The notes under the pieces were generated by a model, which worked only from the letters and a program-made list of their open reading frames with translations, was not told the DNA's origin and searched no databases. The position numbers were made by a program, and so were the translations under genes. Positions 18,104 to 27,869 of a stretch of 64,000 bases of DNA are shown one piece after another (within the stretch, counting starts at the first letter, position 1; the number at the start of each line of letters is the position of its first letter). Source of the stretch: a virus. The stretch covers positions 1 to 64,000 of IMG/VR virus record IMGVR_UViG_3300032605_000009. One strand, given 5' to 3'.

Positions 18104-19177
18104 ATGGCTTCAGGTATCACAGGTACCGGCAATCTAGCCGCGTCACCAACAGCCTACTCAGGCACAAACACCCAGCTCACACAGGCAATCCAACAGATCT
18201 GGTCTAAGGAAATCCTATTCCAGGCTATGCCAATCCTTCGTTTTGAACAATTCGCTGTTAAGAAGACTGAACTAGGTGTTGCACCTGGTCTCCAGATCAA
18301 CTTCATGCGTTACAACAACCTCGGCTTTGCTTCACCATTGGTCGAAGGTGTACGTATGCAGACAAACGCTCTTACAGCTCAACAGTTCTCAATCACAGTA
18401 ACAGAGCATGGTTATGCTCTTGCTGTTTCAGAACTTCTTCTTAACGCTTCATTCGATGACGTAATGGCTTCTGCTTCACGTCTTCTCGGTCGCAACATGG
18501 CTCTCTACCTTGATGGCCTTTCACGCGATACTCTCTATGCAGCTTCTTCAACACTTTACGGTGAAGATCGCTCATCAGTCTCATCTGCTGTCAACAACTG
18601 GTACGGATACGGCACATTCGCTACATCTCGTGCTTCAATGACAGGTTCTTCATACTTGACACCACACGTTGTCAAGGACACAGTAGAGACCTTGGCTACA
18701 AAGAACATCCCTCGTTTGGGCGAGACCTACGTCTGCTTCGTTCACCCTCACCAATCACGTACACTTCGCGACAACCCAGAGTTCATCGAAGTAACAAAGT
18801 ACGCTGCTCCAGGCAACTTCATGCTCGGTGAAATCGGACGTTTGTACGATGTAGTCTTCATCGAAACAACACAGGTTCTCCACGTTCCTGGTGGTGCTGG
18901 TGCTAACTACACAGCTGACTCAACAGTCGCTAACCCAGTAGTTGTACCTGGCGGAGGATACACAACTCCTAACACCCTCACAGGTAACGGTTCATCTGAC
19001 CGCTACAGCGCTATCTTCATCGGAGACAACGCTTTCGGTCACGCTATCTCTCTTCCAGTCGAGCTCCGCGATGGCGGTATCTTGGACTTTGGTCGTGAGC
19101 ATGCGCTTGCTTGGTACTCAATCTTCGGACTTGGCCTAATCACAGACCAAAGCGTAGTAATTGCGGAGACCAATTAG
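18104..19177 (+). CDS. major capsid protein (N4-gp56 family)
   Basis: FEQFA..G..INFMRYNNL, YVCFVHP, GEIGRLYDVVFIET, DFGREH; extreme codon bias. Confidence 0.92.
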   Translation: MASGITGTGNLAASPTAYSGTNTQLTQAIQQIWSKEILFQAMPILRFEQFAVKKTELGVAPGLQINFMRYNNLGFASPLVEGVRMQTNALTAQQFSITVTEHGYALAVSELLLNASFDDVMASASRLLGRNMALYLDGLSRDTLYAASSTLYGEDRSSVSSAVNNWYGYGTFATSRASMTGSSYLTPHVVKDTVETLATKNIPRLGETYVCFVHPHQSRTLRDNPEFIEVTKYAAPGNFMLGEIGRLYDVVFIETTQVLHVPGGAGANYTADSTVANPVVVPGGGYTTPNTLTGNGSSDRYSAIFIGDNAFGHAISLPVELRDGGILDFGREHALAWYSIFGLGLITDQSVVIAETN

Positions 19178-19196
19178 CCTAAACAGTGATAAGATT

Positions 19197-19232
19197 CTCC
19201 TAGTAGGCAACTAGCCTGCTAGGAGGTCTTTT
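19197..19232 (+). promoter_or_regulatory. 12-bp hairpin: capsid terminator that also occludes the endonuclease SD
   Basis: CTCCTAGTAGGC-AACTA-GCCTGCTAGGAG followed by GTCTTTT; SD AGGAGG in the 3' arm. Confidence 0.7.
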
Positions 19233-19236
19233 ACAC

Positions 19237-19800
19237 ATGGCAGTAAAAGAAGGATGTCCGCAAGGACATAAATATACAGAAGAAAACTCTTACATAGATA
19301 AGAACGGTTATACCCACTGCAGAACTTGTCGCTTAGAGCGAATGAGAGAGCGCAGAAAGGATAACTTAAGGGTTGGACGTGGCGTTAATAACGCCTCTAA
19401 GACTGAGTGCCCTAAAGGTCACCCCTATGATGAAGAGAACACAATTACATATGTAAAGCCTAACGGTAGAACTAGAAGATGTTGCCGTGAGTGTGCCAGA
19501 GTAAACATGATTACCCAGAACGTTAAACGTTATGGAATAACCAAACCAGACTTCGAAGCACTAGTAGCATCACAAGATTCTAGATGTGCCATATGCAAAG
19601 GAAAGTTCTGGGATGAGGTCTCCTCTCCCCATATAGACCACGACCACACCTGCTGTAATGAGCAAATGAGGTCATGTGGCAAATGTATAAGAGGACTCCT
19701 ATGCAGAGGCTGTAACCAAGTTCTTGGCTGTGCCAAGGACGACATCGAGACCTTAAAGGCCGCGATAAAGTACTTACGGTCAGGAACTCTGACTTTTTAA
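19237..19800 (+). CDS. free-standing endonuclease VII-family homing endonuclease
   Basis: Two CPxGHxYxEEN..CRxC modules; CAIC..HIDHDH..IRGLLCRGCN; foreign AGA/ATA-rich codons. Confidence 0.88.
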   Translation: MAVKEGCPQGHKYTEENSYIDKNGYTHCRTCRLERMRERRKDNLRVGRGVNNASKTECPKGHPYDEENTITYVKPNGRTRRCCRECARVNMITQNVKRYGITKPDFEALVASQDSRCAICKGKFWDEVSSPHIDHDHTCCNEQMRSCGKCIRGLLCRGCNQVLGCAKDDIETLKAAIKYLRSGTLTF

Positions 19801-19826
19801 CCGAGACAATACATTGGAGAATTATC

Positions 19827-20195
19827 ATGGCAACACAGAAAGCAAAACCAACCGACGTTACTGGTCGTGCGCGAGAAGCTCTCGCTGAACAGTTCGCCGA
19901 AGACCAAGCGCAACGCGCTGGTGAGATGTCCCTAGCTACAGCTAAGGCAAGTGCACAGCTTGATGAAGTAATTGATGCAACAACCCCTAACCGTCAGACA
20001 GTCATTGTTGATGCTGTAACCACAGTAGGAAACGATGAAGGCGACATGGTTGAGATCCGCACAACTGACAACATTGAGAATATGACCCTTGGTAAGGGCA
20101 ACACCTATAACTTCAAGGCAGGACAGAAGTACAAGGTTACTCGTCACGTTGCTACTCACCTTAAGGAAAAAGGCTACCTGGCTGGCGTCATCTAA
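19827..20195 (+). CDS. conserved hypothetical head-associated protein
   Basis: SD GGAG; follows the capsid gene. Confidence 0.7.
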   Translation: MATQKAKPTDVTGRAREALAEQFAEDQAQRAGEMSLATAKASAQLDEVIDATTPNRQTVIVDAVTTVGNDEGDMVEIRTTDNIENMTLGKGNTYNFKAGQKYKVTRHVATHLKEKGYLAGVI

Positions 20196-20212
20196 GGCGT
20201 AACTTTACGACT

Positions 20213-20245
20213 GAGCGGACTCTCGTCGGGTCCGCTTTTTCGTTT
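20213..20245 (+). terminator. intrinsic terminator
   Basis: GAGCGGAC..GTCCGCTT followed by T-run. Confidence 0.75.
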
Positions 20246-20307
20246 GTGCAGATTTTTAGGCTAATACACGCCATCATAGTACAGGCGTCTTTATGTAGGG
20301 AGTTTAT

Positions 20308-21375
20308 GTGGCTACGATCTCTGATCTACTCTCTCGAGTCCGTCTAGAGCTTGGCGATCAGCAAAAGGCGTTTACCTTTAACGCAACAGGCGACGGCTCC
20401 ACTAAAGTCTTTGCAACTGGCATTAAGCCAATGGAAGTTGAAAACTTATCGGTCAAGGTAGCTGGAAGCAGCATTGCGTACCCTACTGGCTACACTGTTG
20501 AGCAGAGCACAGGTATTGTCACCTTTGCTACAGCTCCAGCTAATAACGCGGCTATTGTCATTCAAGGCAATGTAGATCGCTACTTCCTAGATTCAGAGCT
20601 CACGGAGTTCATCAACGATGCTGTGAACCAGCACACATATAACCGCGTAGATTCCTACGGCAGCCAAGTTACTCTTGCTACTATCTCTGCAGTTGAGGAA
20701 TACCCAGTAGCTATCCTCGCCTCTATCGAAGGGCTATGGGCTCTCGCTACAGACGCAGCTTTTGATATCAACATCACGGCCCCAGACGGCGTAATGATTC
20801 CACGTTCTGAGCGTTACCGTCAGCTTACAGAGATTATCTCTGAGCGTTGGAACCAGTACCGACTCCTCTGCTCACAGCTCAACATTGGTCTCTGGAAGAT
20901 CGAGATGGGTACCCTCATCCGTACTTCCCGCACTACCAACAAATATGTTCCTATCTATGTTGGTCAAGAGATCGACGACTCTCGTATGCCAGAGCGCGTC
21001 TGGATCCAGAACAACCTTACTGGCCGCAACCCATTCCCTTCATATGCTCAGACTTACGATATTGTCCTTTACCAAGGAAACAGCTACCAATCTACATTTG
21101 ATTTTCCATTTGATATTACGGGCATGGACTTTGAGGCGCAGATTCGCACCTACCCAAACTCTCCATCACTCTATGCAACGTTTGAAGTTACAGTCGTATC
21201 AACCTCTACAAGCTTAAGCACACTACAGCTTAACCTTGAGGTTAGCGATACTGAGTACCTTCCTCCACGTGCTTTTTGGGATCTAAGAGCTACCTCATCA
21301 TCAGACTCTAACTGGGCTCAGACTTACATTAAGGGGCAGGTGTTTACCACTGAGGCGGTAACCCTTGACTACTAG
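20308..21375 (+). CDS. head-tail connector/neck protein (putative)
   Basis: Position; RVRLELGD N-terminus; TGDGSTKVF and GIVTFATAPANNAAI motifs. Confidence 0.55.
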   Translation: MATISDLLSRVRLELGDQQKAFTFNATGDGSTKVFATGIKPMEVENLSVKVAGSSIAYPTGYTVEQSTGIVTFATAPANNAAIVIQGNVDRYFLDSELTEFINDAVNQHTYNRVDSYGSQVTLATISAVEEYPVAILASIEGLWALATDAAFDINITAPDGVMIPRSERYRQLTEIISERWNQYRLLCSQLNIGLWKIEMGTLIRTSRTTNKYVPIYVGQEIDDSRMPERVWIQNNLTGRNPFPSYAQTYDIVLYQGNSYQSTFDFPFDITGMDFEAQIRTYPNSPSLYATFEVTVVSTSTSLSTLQLNLEVSDTEYLPPRAFWDLRATSSSDSNWAQTYIKGQVFTTEAVTLDY

Positions 21376-21787
21376 TTGTAATAGATGTGGTAGTTGGCCG
21401 TGTAACTGTGGAGCCATTACTGTAACCCCTTCTGCGCCTATCGTTATCCAGGTCTCAACACCTACCCAGTACACCCAGTCTCAAACCACCCTTCAGGTCC
21501 TGCCTGGGCAAGGTGGGGCTAGAGGTATACAAGGTACGCAGGGCCTTCAGGGCTCTTATGGTGTACAGGGAGCTACTGGAACCAGTCTTCATAACATCTC
21601 TTATACCTATACCCAGGCTACCCCTTCGGCTACTTGGACTATTAATCATAATTTGGGCTATAACCCTAACCTTACAGTTCAAGATTCCGCTGGTACCATT
21701 GTTGAAGGCGAAATATCGTACACCAATTCGAACTCACTTACGGTCACATTCTCAGCAGCTTTTAGCGGATACGCGTACCTATCTTAA
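21365..21787 (+). CDS. short collagen-repeat structural protein
   Basis: GXQ triplets; WTINHNLGYNP..FSGYAYLS. Confidence 0.6.
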   Translation: MTTSCNRCGSWPCNCGAITVTPSAPIVIQVSTPTQYTQSQTTLQVLPGQGGARGIQGTQGLQGSYGVQGATGTSLHNISYTYTQATPSATWTINHNLGYNPNLTVQDSAGTIVEGEISYTNSNSLTVTFSAAFSGYAYLS

Positions 21788-21799
21788 GGAGATAGTTCC

Positions 21800-23062
21800 A
21801 TGGCACGTAAGTTTTTAACACCTATCAACCTCTCTCAACTAGAGCTGCAGAATGCCGCTATTCAAAACCTGGCAACTGCTCCATCAAGCCCAGTAACAGG
21901 TCAAATCTATTTTGATACAACACTTGGTTACCTCAGAACATGGAATGGCACAGCATGGCTTAACGCCAGCATTGGTGCTAACGGTGCTCAAGGAACACAG
22001 GGCATCCAAGGTGTGCAGGGCACACAAGGTATTCAGGGTACGCAAGGTATCCAAGGAGTTCAAGGTACCCAAGGCACTCAGGGAACACAAGGTACCCAAG
22101 GCACGCAAGGCATCCAAGGCCTAACTGGTTCTCAAGGTACACAAGGTACCCAGGGCATCCAAGGAATCACAGGTTCACAAGGAACTCAAGGCATCCAGGG
22201 AATTACTGGAGCGCAAGGTACTCAAGGTATTCAAGGCGTACAAGGAACCCAGGGTACTCAAGGTACACAGGGTGTTCAAGGCCTACAAGGTATCCAGGGA
22301 ACTAACGCTGGAATCCTTTCAACTGATAGCAGCCTTAATATTAACGGCTCTGGTGTTCTTTCTGTCAACACCTCCGTTATAGCTACTAAGGCGTATGTTG
22401 ATGCAACAGCAGAGGGACTTTCAGTACTTGAGTCTGTTCGCACAGATACCAACACTAACCTTAACTTAGCCTCTACTCTTACAACTCTTAACGGCGTAAC
22501 CCTTGCTAACAACGACCGCGTGTTGGTTAAGAACCAGACTACCGCTACTCAAAACGGTATCTATATCTATAACTCTACATCTAGCTTACTTGTTGCGTCT
22601 ACTAACGCAGAAGACACGAACCTTAAAGAAGGCTCGTTCGTATTCGTAGAAGAAGGTACCAACGCCGCACAAGGTTGGGTTATCACCGCTTACTCAGGTG
22701 GAGCTTCTACCTGGACACAGTTCTCTGCTGCTGGAGAGTACACAGCTGGTAACGGAATCACCATCTCTGGTGGCGCAATCTCAGCTAACTACGGTTCTGG
22801 CCTTACAGTTTCTGGCTCACAACTTGTAGTAGACACCAGCAAGGTTGTTGAAAAATACACAACTCTTATCGGTGATGGTTCAAGCACTAGCTACACAGTT
22901 ACCCACAACCTAGGCACACAGAGCGCGATTGCAATCGTTTACGACGCATCAACAAATGCCGAAGTTGTTACTGATGTGGCTTACTCAACATCTAACACCG
23001 TAACAATTGGGTTTGCTGTTGCACCATCTTCAAACGCTTATCGCGTAGTAGTACACGCTTAA
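21800..23062 (+). CDS. collagen-like fibre protein
   Basis: GQIYFDTT..W head, about 35 GXQ triplets, ATKAYVD and DRVLVKNQ..NGIY motifs. Confidence 0.75.
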   Translation: MARKFLTPINLSQLELQNAAIQNLATAPSSPVTGQIYFDTTLGYLRTWNGTAWLNASIGANGAQGTQGIQGVQGTQGIQGTQGIQGVQGTQGTQGTQGTQGTQGIQGLTGSQGTQGTQGIQGITGSQGTQGIQGITGAQGTQGIQGVQGTQGTQGTQGVQGLQGIQGTNAGILSTDSSLNINGSGVLSVNTSVIATKAYVDATAEGLSVLESVRTDTNTNLNLASTLTTLNGVTLANNDRVLVKNQTTATQNGIYIYNSTSSLLVASTNAEDTNLKEGSFVFVEEGTNAAQGWVITAYSGGASTWTQFSAAGEYTAGNGITISGGAISANYGSGLTVSGSQLVVDTSKVVEKYTTLIGDGSSTSYTVTHNLGTQSAIAIVYDASTNAEVVTDVAYSTSNTVTIGFAVAPSSNAYRVVVHA

Positions 23063-23076
23063 TCTAGGAGCGCTTA

Positions 23077-23307
23077 ATGTCCCGTAAGTTTGTTGTACCT
23101 ATAGGGTTGCTAGCGTTAGCTAGTGACCCTGTTGGTCATGAAGCTGGGGACGCTTACTACAGCACGACATTAAATGCTATTAAGACATTTGATGGAACTA
23201 ACTGGACTGCACAATCAAGCACTACTTTGGCTGATCTTGATGGGGGAAGTGCTACTTCTAACTACGGCGGCATTACTTCCATTAATGCTGGCACAGCGAC
23301 AGGATGA
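23077..23307 (+). CDS. small structural protein
   Basis: N-terminus parallels 21800 (MSRKF); GDAYYS..FDGTNW. Confidence 0.6.
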   Translation: MSRKFVVPIGLLALASDPVGHEAGDAYYSTTLNAIKTFDGTNWTAQSSTTLADLDGGSATSNYGGITSINAGTATG

Positions 23308-23322
23308 GGATAAAATAACCTA

Positions 23323-26300
23323 ATGGCTATTCAAATTCAACTTCGCCGCGACACAGCTGCCAACTGGACGTCTGCAAACCCAACTCTAGCTAGCGGTGAA
23401 CTTGGCTTAGAGACAGACACAGGCAAGTTTAAAGTCGGTAACGGCTCTACTTCTTGGACATCTCTTTCTTACTCTTCAGGTATTCAAGGCGTTCAAGGCG
23501 TTCAAGGAACCATGGGTTACACAGGTTCTCAAGGCGATATTGGTCCAGAAGGTGCTCAAGGCACACAGGGCGTGCAAGGCACTCAGGGTATTCAAGGAAA
23601 CCAGGGAACTACTGGTATTCAGGGTGCTCAGGGAACACAAGGCGTTCAAGGTACTCAAGGCTTGCAGGGACTTCAAGGGGTCCAAGGTACTCAGGGCATC
23701 CAAGGAATTTCGGTTCAAGGTACTGCAGGTACCTCTGTAACAATTCTTGGTTCATATAATACTTACGCAGCTTTAGTAGCCGCACATCCAACAGGTAATA
23801 ACGGAGACGGCTATATCATTGACCCTAACCTTTGGGTATGGGAAGGTACACAGTGGGTTAACGTTGGAATTATCCAAGGACCACAAGGAACAAATGGTAC
23901 GCAAGGAACTCAAGGAGTTCAAGGTGTTCAAGGACCTCAGGGTCTACAAGGCACCCAAGGCATTCAAGGAACCCAGGGTGTTCAGGGAGTTCAAGGTCTT
24001 TTAGGTATTCAAGGATTTGTTGGCCTTCAAGGATTAACTGGTGCCCAAGGAACCCAGGGTGTTCTAGGTACACAAGGGGCGCAAGGTACACAAGGAGTTC
24101 AGGGAACCCAAGGTGTGCAGGGTACCCAGGGTACTCAAGGCATCACTGGAGCTCAAGGAGCAACTGGTACACAAGGTGCAACAGGACAAACTGGAACCCA
24201 AGGAACTCAAGGAGTTCAGGGGGCCCAGGGTACTCAAGGCATCCAGGGTATCCAAGGAGTAACAGGTGCTCAAGGCACTACAGGAGATCAAGGCACCCAA
24301 GGCACCCAAGGCACCCAAGGCACCCAAGGCACTCAGGGTATTCAAGGACTCCAGGGAGTTCAGGGGCCTCAAGGTACTCAAGGTACTCAAGGTACTCAAG
24401 GTACTCAAGGTATCCAAGGAAACCAAGGTCTACAAGGAATTCAAGGCATCACAGGTTCGCAGGGAACTACTGGTCAAACAGGAGCTCAGGGAACCCAGGG
24501 AATTCAAGGTGTTCAAGGTCTTCTAGGTATTCAAGGCTTACAGGGAAACCAAGGAACCGTTGGTATTCAAGGAGCAACTGGTACTCAAGGAACGCAAGGT
24601 ATTCAAGGTGTTCAGGGCACTCAAGGTGTTCAAGGAACCCAGGGAATTCAGGGCACTCAAGGAACACAGGGCACACAGGGAATTACAGGTTCTCAAGGAA
24701 CTACTGGCACAACAGGCGCACAGGGAATTACAGGTACTACTGGTATCCAAGGTGTACAGGGTACACAAGGCCTACAAGGACTGCAAGGTGTTCAGGGCAC
24801 TCAAGGTATTCAAGGCCTTATGGGTGCTACAAGTACCGCTAACGCTCACCAATCTGTAAACCTAGCAACTGCCTCCGCAGTGCTTCCTAACTCTCCAACG
24901 TATACAAACGGAACTTCCGACCTTAACGGCGGAACAGGTATTGGTGCTAACCTTACTGCCACTACATTTGGCGCTTTAGTAGTTGACAGCGTAACTGTTA
25001 CCTCAGGACAAAGAATCCTCGTTAAGGATCAAGCAAACGCAATTCAAAATGGTATCTACACAGTTACCACTGTTGGATCTGGTTCTGCGTACTGGGTTCT
25101 TACCCGTTCATCAGATTACAGCAACTCAGTGTCAGCAGAAGATGTTGAGCCTGGTGACTACGTTACCGTTCTTGCTGGAACCGTAAACGCGATTACTACG
25201 TGGATTCAGTACGACGTGGGTTCAAATTCTGATGAATCTATTAAACTTGGCACAGACGCAATCAACTGGACTAAGACCTCTGGTGTAGGTTTACAAGGCC
25301 CTACAGGCCCTACTGGCGCTGGTGGAACAATTGCTTACTATGGTTCATTCTTTGACACCACAACTCAGTCTAATGCAGGCTACCCTTCAGCGGCTAACGT
25401 TGTTGCTATCAACAGCACTGGCGTAAGCAATGGCGTATCTGTTGTGTCTGGCAATCAACTTACCTTTACTTACGCTGGCACTTACCTTATTAACTTTATT
25501 GGCCAGTTCATTACTAGCGGCGGTGGAAGCAATTACCAAGTAACAGTTTGGTACACCAAGAATGGCTCACCAGTAACAGGTGCTGCATACACATTCACCA
25601 CTGCTGGAGTCAACGAGCAAGTATCTGCAAACGTAGAAAACACTTTGACTTTGGCTGCTGGAGATTACATCCAGTTCTACTGGTACTCAAACAATCAGTA
25701 CATGCAGTTGGTACCGACTTCGGCTGGAACATCACCAACCCGACCATCTGCACCTAGCCTTGTAGTCAATGCGATGCAGGTTACATATACACAGGCTGGA
25801 CCGACAGGAGCCACTGGTGCTCAAGGCATTACTGGTACACAAGGCATCACGGGTTCTCAGGGAGCAGTTGGTTCTCAAGGAACAACGGGAACACAGGGCA
25901 CCACTGGGGTCACAGGTGCACAAGGTACTCAAGGAATCCAAGGAATCCAAGGAAACCAAGGCACACAAGGTATCCAAGGAATAACTGGTTCTCAGGGACT
26001 TACTGGGGCTCAGGGAATCACTGGTTCTCAAGGCGCTACTGGGGCTCAAGGAACGCAAGGCGTTCAAGGAAACCAGGGAGCTACTGGTATTCAAGGAAAC
26101 CAAGGAACTCAAGGAGTTCAGGGTGTCCAAGGAACCCAAGGTATCCAGGGCAACCAAGGTACTAATGGCATCCAAGGAACTACTGGAGCTCAAGGACTTA
26201 CAGGATCTCAAGGAACTATTGGAACCCAGGGTGCAACAGGTTTTCAGGGAACTCAAGGAGTTCAAGGAACAATTGGTGTCCAAGGCTTCACAGGTATTCA

Positions 26301-27201
26301 AGGCTTAACTGGTCTACAAGGACTTATCGGTTCACAGGGAACTACTGGTTCTCAGGGAACTGCTGGATTTGTTGGCTCAAATGGTTCTCAAGGTACAACT
26401 GGTGCTCAGGGAACCGTGGGTGCTCAAGGTGCCACAGGAACTCAAGGCCTAACAGGTTCACAAGGAGCAACAGGTACCCAGGGTCTACAAGGTACTCAGG
26501 GCGGTTCAGGAATTGTTACTGTTGGCAATGGCCTTCAGTACACCTCTGGAACTTTATCGCTACAGGCTGTTACAGGTACTGGATATACAACTGTACTATC
26601 TACAAGTCCAACTCTTACTACTCCAGTTATTGGTGCTGCAACAGGTACATCCCTAGCGCTTCAGTACACAGCTAATACAACTACTAACGCAGGAGCTCTT
26701 GCTGTTGGTGGCAATACAACGACGTCTACTGGACAGCTAGCTACCTTCGTAGGCGCTGATACCCAGTACGCAAACGTAATTCTTCAGAACTCAAACAGTG
26801 CCAATACTGCATATGCAGCGTTTGTTACAGCTAACGATCAATATGCTTCTAGCGGCTCTTATATGGAGATGGGTACTAACAGCAGTACCTACGCATCCTC
26901 TAACGGTCTTGGATATCCAGCTAACTCGTTTACCTTACAGGGGGTTAACTTCCTTGAGGCTAACAACGGTGATTTCACCATTGGTACCTGGACAAACAAC
27001 GCTATACACTTCGTTGTAAACGGCCAGACCAACACAGCTGATGCGCTTACGATTGCAACCTCTGGAGCTATCACAGCATCCAGCACCATCACCTCTACAG
27101 CATTTAAGACATCTGGTGGAACAGCTAATCAGATTGTTAAGGGTGACGGTTCGCTATCTCAGGACTTTACAGCTCTAACCCTGTGCTTTGGTGGGCTCTA
27201 A
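23323..27201 (+). CDS. long collagen-like fibre with Mtd-N-type N-terminal domain
   Basis: IQLRRDTAANW..GELGLETDTGKFKVGNG; long GXQ blocks separated by globular domains. Confidence 0.8.
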   Translation: MAIQIQLRRDTAANWTSANPTLASGELGLETDTGKFKVGNGSTSWTSLSYSSGIQGVQGVQGTMGYTGSQGDIGPEGAQGTQGVQGTQGIQGNQGTTGIQGAQGTQGVQGTQGLQGLQGVQGTQGIQGISVQGTAGTSVTILGSYNTYAALVAAHPTGNNGDGYIIDPNLWVWEGTQWVNVGIIQGPQGTNGTQGTQGVQGVQGPQGLQGTQGIQGTQGVQGVQGLLGIQGFVGLQGLTGAQGTQGVLGTQGAQGTQGVQGTQGVQGTQGTQGITGAQGATGTQGATGQTGTQGTQGVQGAQGTQGIQGIQGVTGAQGTTGDQGTQGTQGTQGTQGTQGIQGLQGVQGPQGTQGTQGTQGTQGIQGNQGLQGIQGITGSQGTTGQTGAQGTQGIQGVQGLLGIQGLQGNQGTVGIQGATGTQGTQGIQGVQGTQGVQGTQGIQGTQGTQGTQGITGSQGTTGTTGAQGITGTTGIQGVQGTQGLQGLQGVQGTQGIQGLMGATSTANAHQSVNLATASAVLPNSPTYTNGTSDLNGGTGIGANLTATTFGALVVDSVTVTSGQRILVKDQANAIQNGIYTVTTVGSGSAYWVLTRSSDYSNSVSAEDVEPGDYVTVLAGTVNAITTWIQYDVGSNSDESIKLGTDAINWTKTSGVGLQGPTGPTGAGGTIAYYGSFFDTTTQSNAGYPSAANVVAINSTGVSNGVSVVSGNQLTFTYAGTYLINFIGQFITSGGGSNYQVTVWYTKNGSPVTGAAYTFTTAGVNEQVSANVENTLTLAAGDYIQFYWYSNNQYMQLVPTSAGTSPTRPSAPSLVVNAMQVTYTQAGPTGATGAQGITGTQGITGSQGAVGSQGTTGTQGTTGVTGAQGTQGIQGIQGNQGTQGIQGITGSQGLTGAQGITGSQGATGAQGTQGVQGNQGATGIQGNQGTQGVQGVQGTQGIQGNQGTNGIQGTTGAQGLTGSQGTIGTQGATGFQGTQGVQGTIGVQGFTGIQGLTGLQGLIGSQGTTGSQGTAGFVGSNGSQGTTGAQGTVGAQGATGTQGLTGSQGATGTQGLQGTQGGSGIVTVGNGLQYTSGTLSLQAVTGTGYTTVLSTSPTLTTPVIGAATGTSLALQYTANTTTNAGALAVGGNTTTSTGQLATFVGADTQYANVILQNSNSANTAYAAFVTANDQYASSGSYMEMGTNSSTYASSNGLGYPANSFTLQGVNFLEANNGDFTIGTWTNNAIHFVVNGQTNTADALTIATSGAITASSTITSTAFKTSGGTANQIVKGDGSLSQDFTALTLCFGGL
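23479..26503 (+). repeat. 9-bp CAR-GGN-NNN coding repeats (Gly-X-Gln)
   Basis: Blocks at about 23479-24825 and 25798-26503; perfect tandem runs such as (CAAGGCACC)n near 24290 and (CAAGGTACT)n near 24370. Confidence 0.9.
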
Positions 27202-27869
27202 CGTAGCCAAATCATTCCGACATCAGCTGTCGGTCTTAGATTAGCTTCTTTCCAGCCGCCTGAGGTCCAGGCTTCTTCATGCTTGGATACCCACTCTACT
27301 AGGGCAAACGTGTTGTCTTCTTGTAGTGGGAACCACTCTTCAGGTTGATCTAAATGGTTAACAATGAATTGAGGTGCGTACTCTCGGTATCCAAGGTTGT
27401 AAAGGTAGTCCAGTTGTAGCTCATGCTCTGTAAGGGTAGCGTCAGTCCACTCAAAGGTAAGCATCCCATACTTCTGAGCCATGCCCTTAAAAACCAGCCA
27501 CTCAGCACCTTCTACGTCAACCTTAATGAGCTCAGGTGTACCGTAAGCTCTTACTAAAGAATCTATGGTAGTGGTATTAACAACTACCTCTCTATAAGGC
27601 TTACCTGCATACGGCATAGTCTCATCAGTAAGCCAGTCCTTATTAAGTGTAGACAGGCCATCCTCATCAGCTTCATAGAAGGTAACAGTCTCGTTATCCA
27701 CATTAGAAACTGCATATTTAAGAGGCACAACATTAGAGTTGTAGATAAAGTTACTGACCAACTGCTTATAAACGCGAGGGGCGGCTTCTACAGCTATAAC
27801 TCTAGCTCCCATACTTAGGGCCACTAGGGTGGCATCTCCGCGGTTAGCTCCAATATCAAAGACCAGCAT
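27198..27869 (-). CDS. FkbM-family SAM methyltransferase
   Basis: VFDIGANRG, VIAVEA, LIKVDVEGAE. Confidence 0.9.
   Translation of the reverse strand: MLVFDIGANRGDATLVALSMGARVIAVEAAPRVYKQLVSNFIYNSNVVPLKYAVSNVDNETVTFYEADEDGLSTLNKDWLTDETMPYAGKPYREVVVNTTTIDSLVRAYGTPELIKVDVEGAEWLVFKGMAQKYGMLTFEWTDATLTEHELQLDYLYNLGYREYAPQFIVNHLDQPEEWFPLQEDNTFALVEWVSKHEEAWTSGGWKEANLRPTADVGMIWLR

Noticed and set aside
23323-23480. Diversity-generating retroelement suggested by the Mtd-N-like domain
   Set aside because: No reverse transcriptase and no TR/VR pair seen in the window.
21884-26308. Many alternative-frame and antisense ORFs over the collagen genes
   Set aside because: These are by-products of the 9-bp periodic repeat and have no SD or independent signals.
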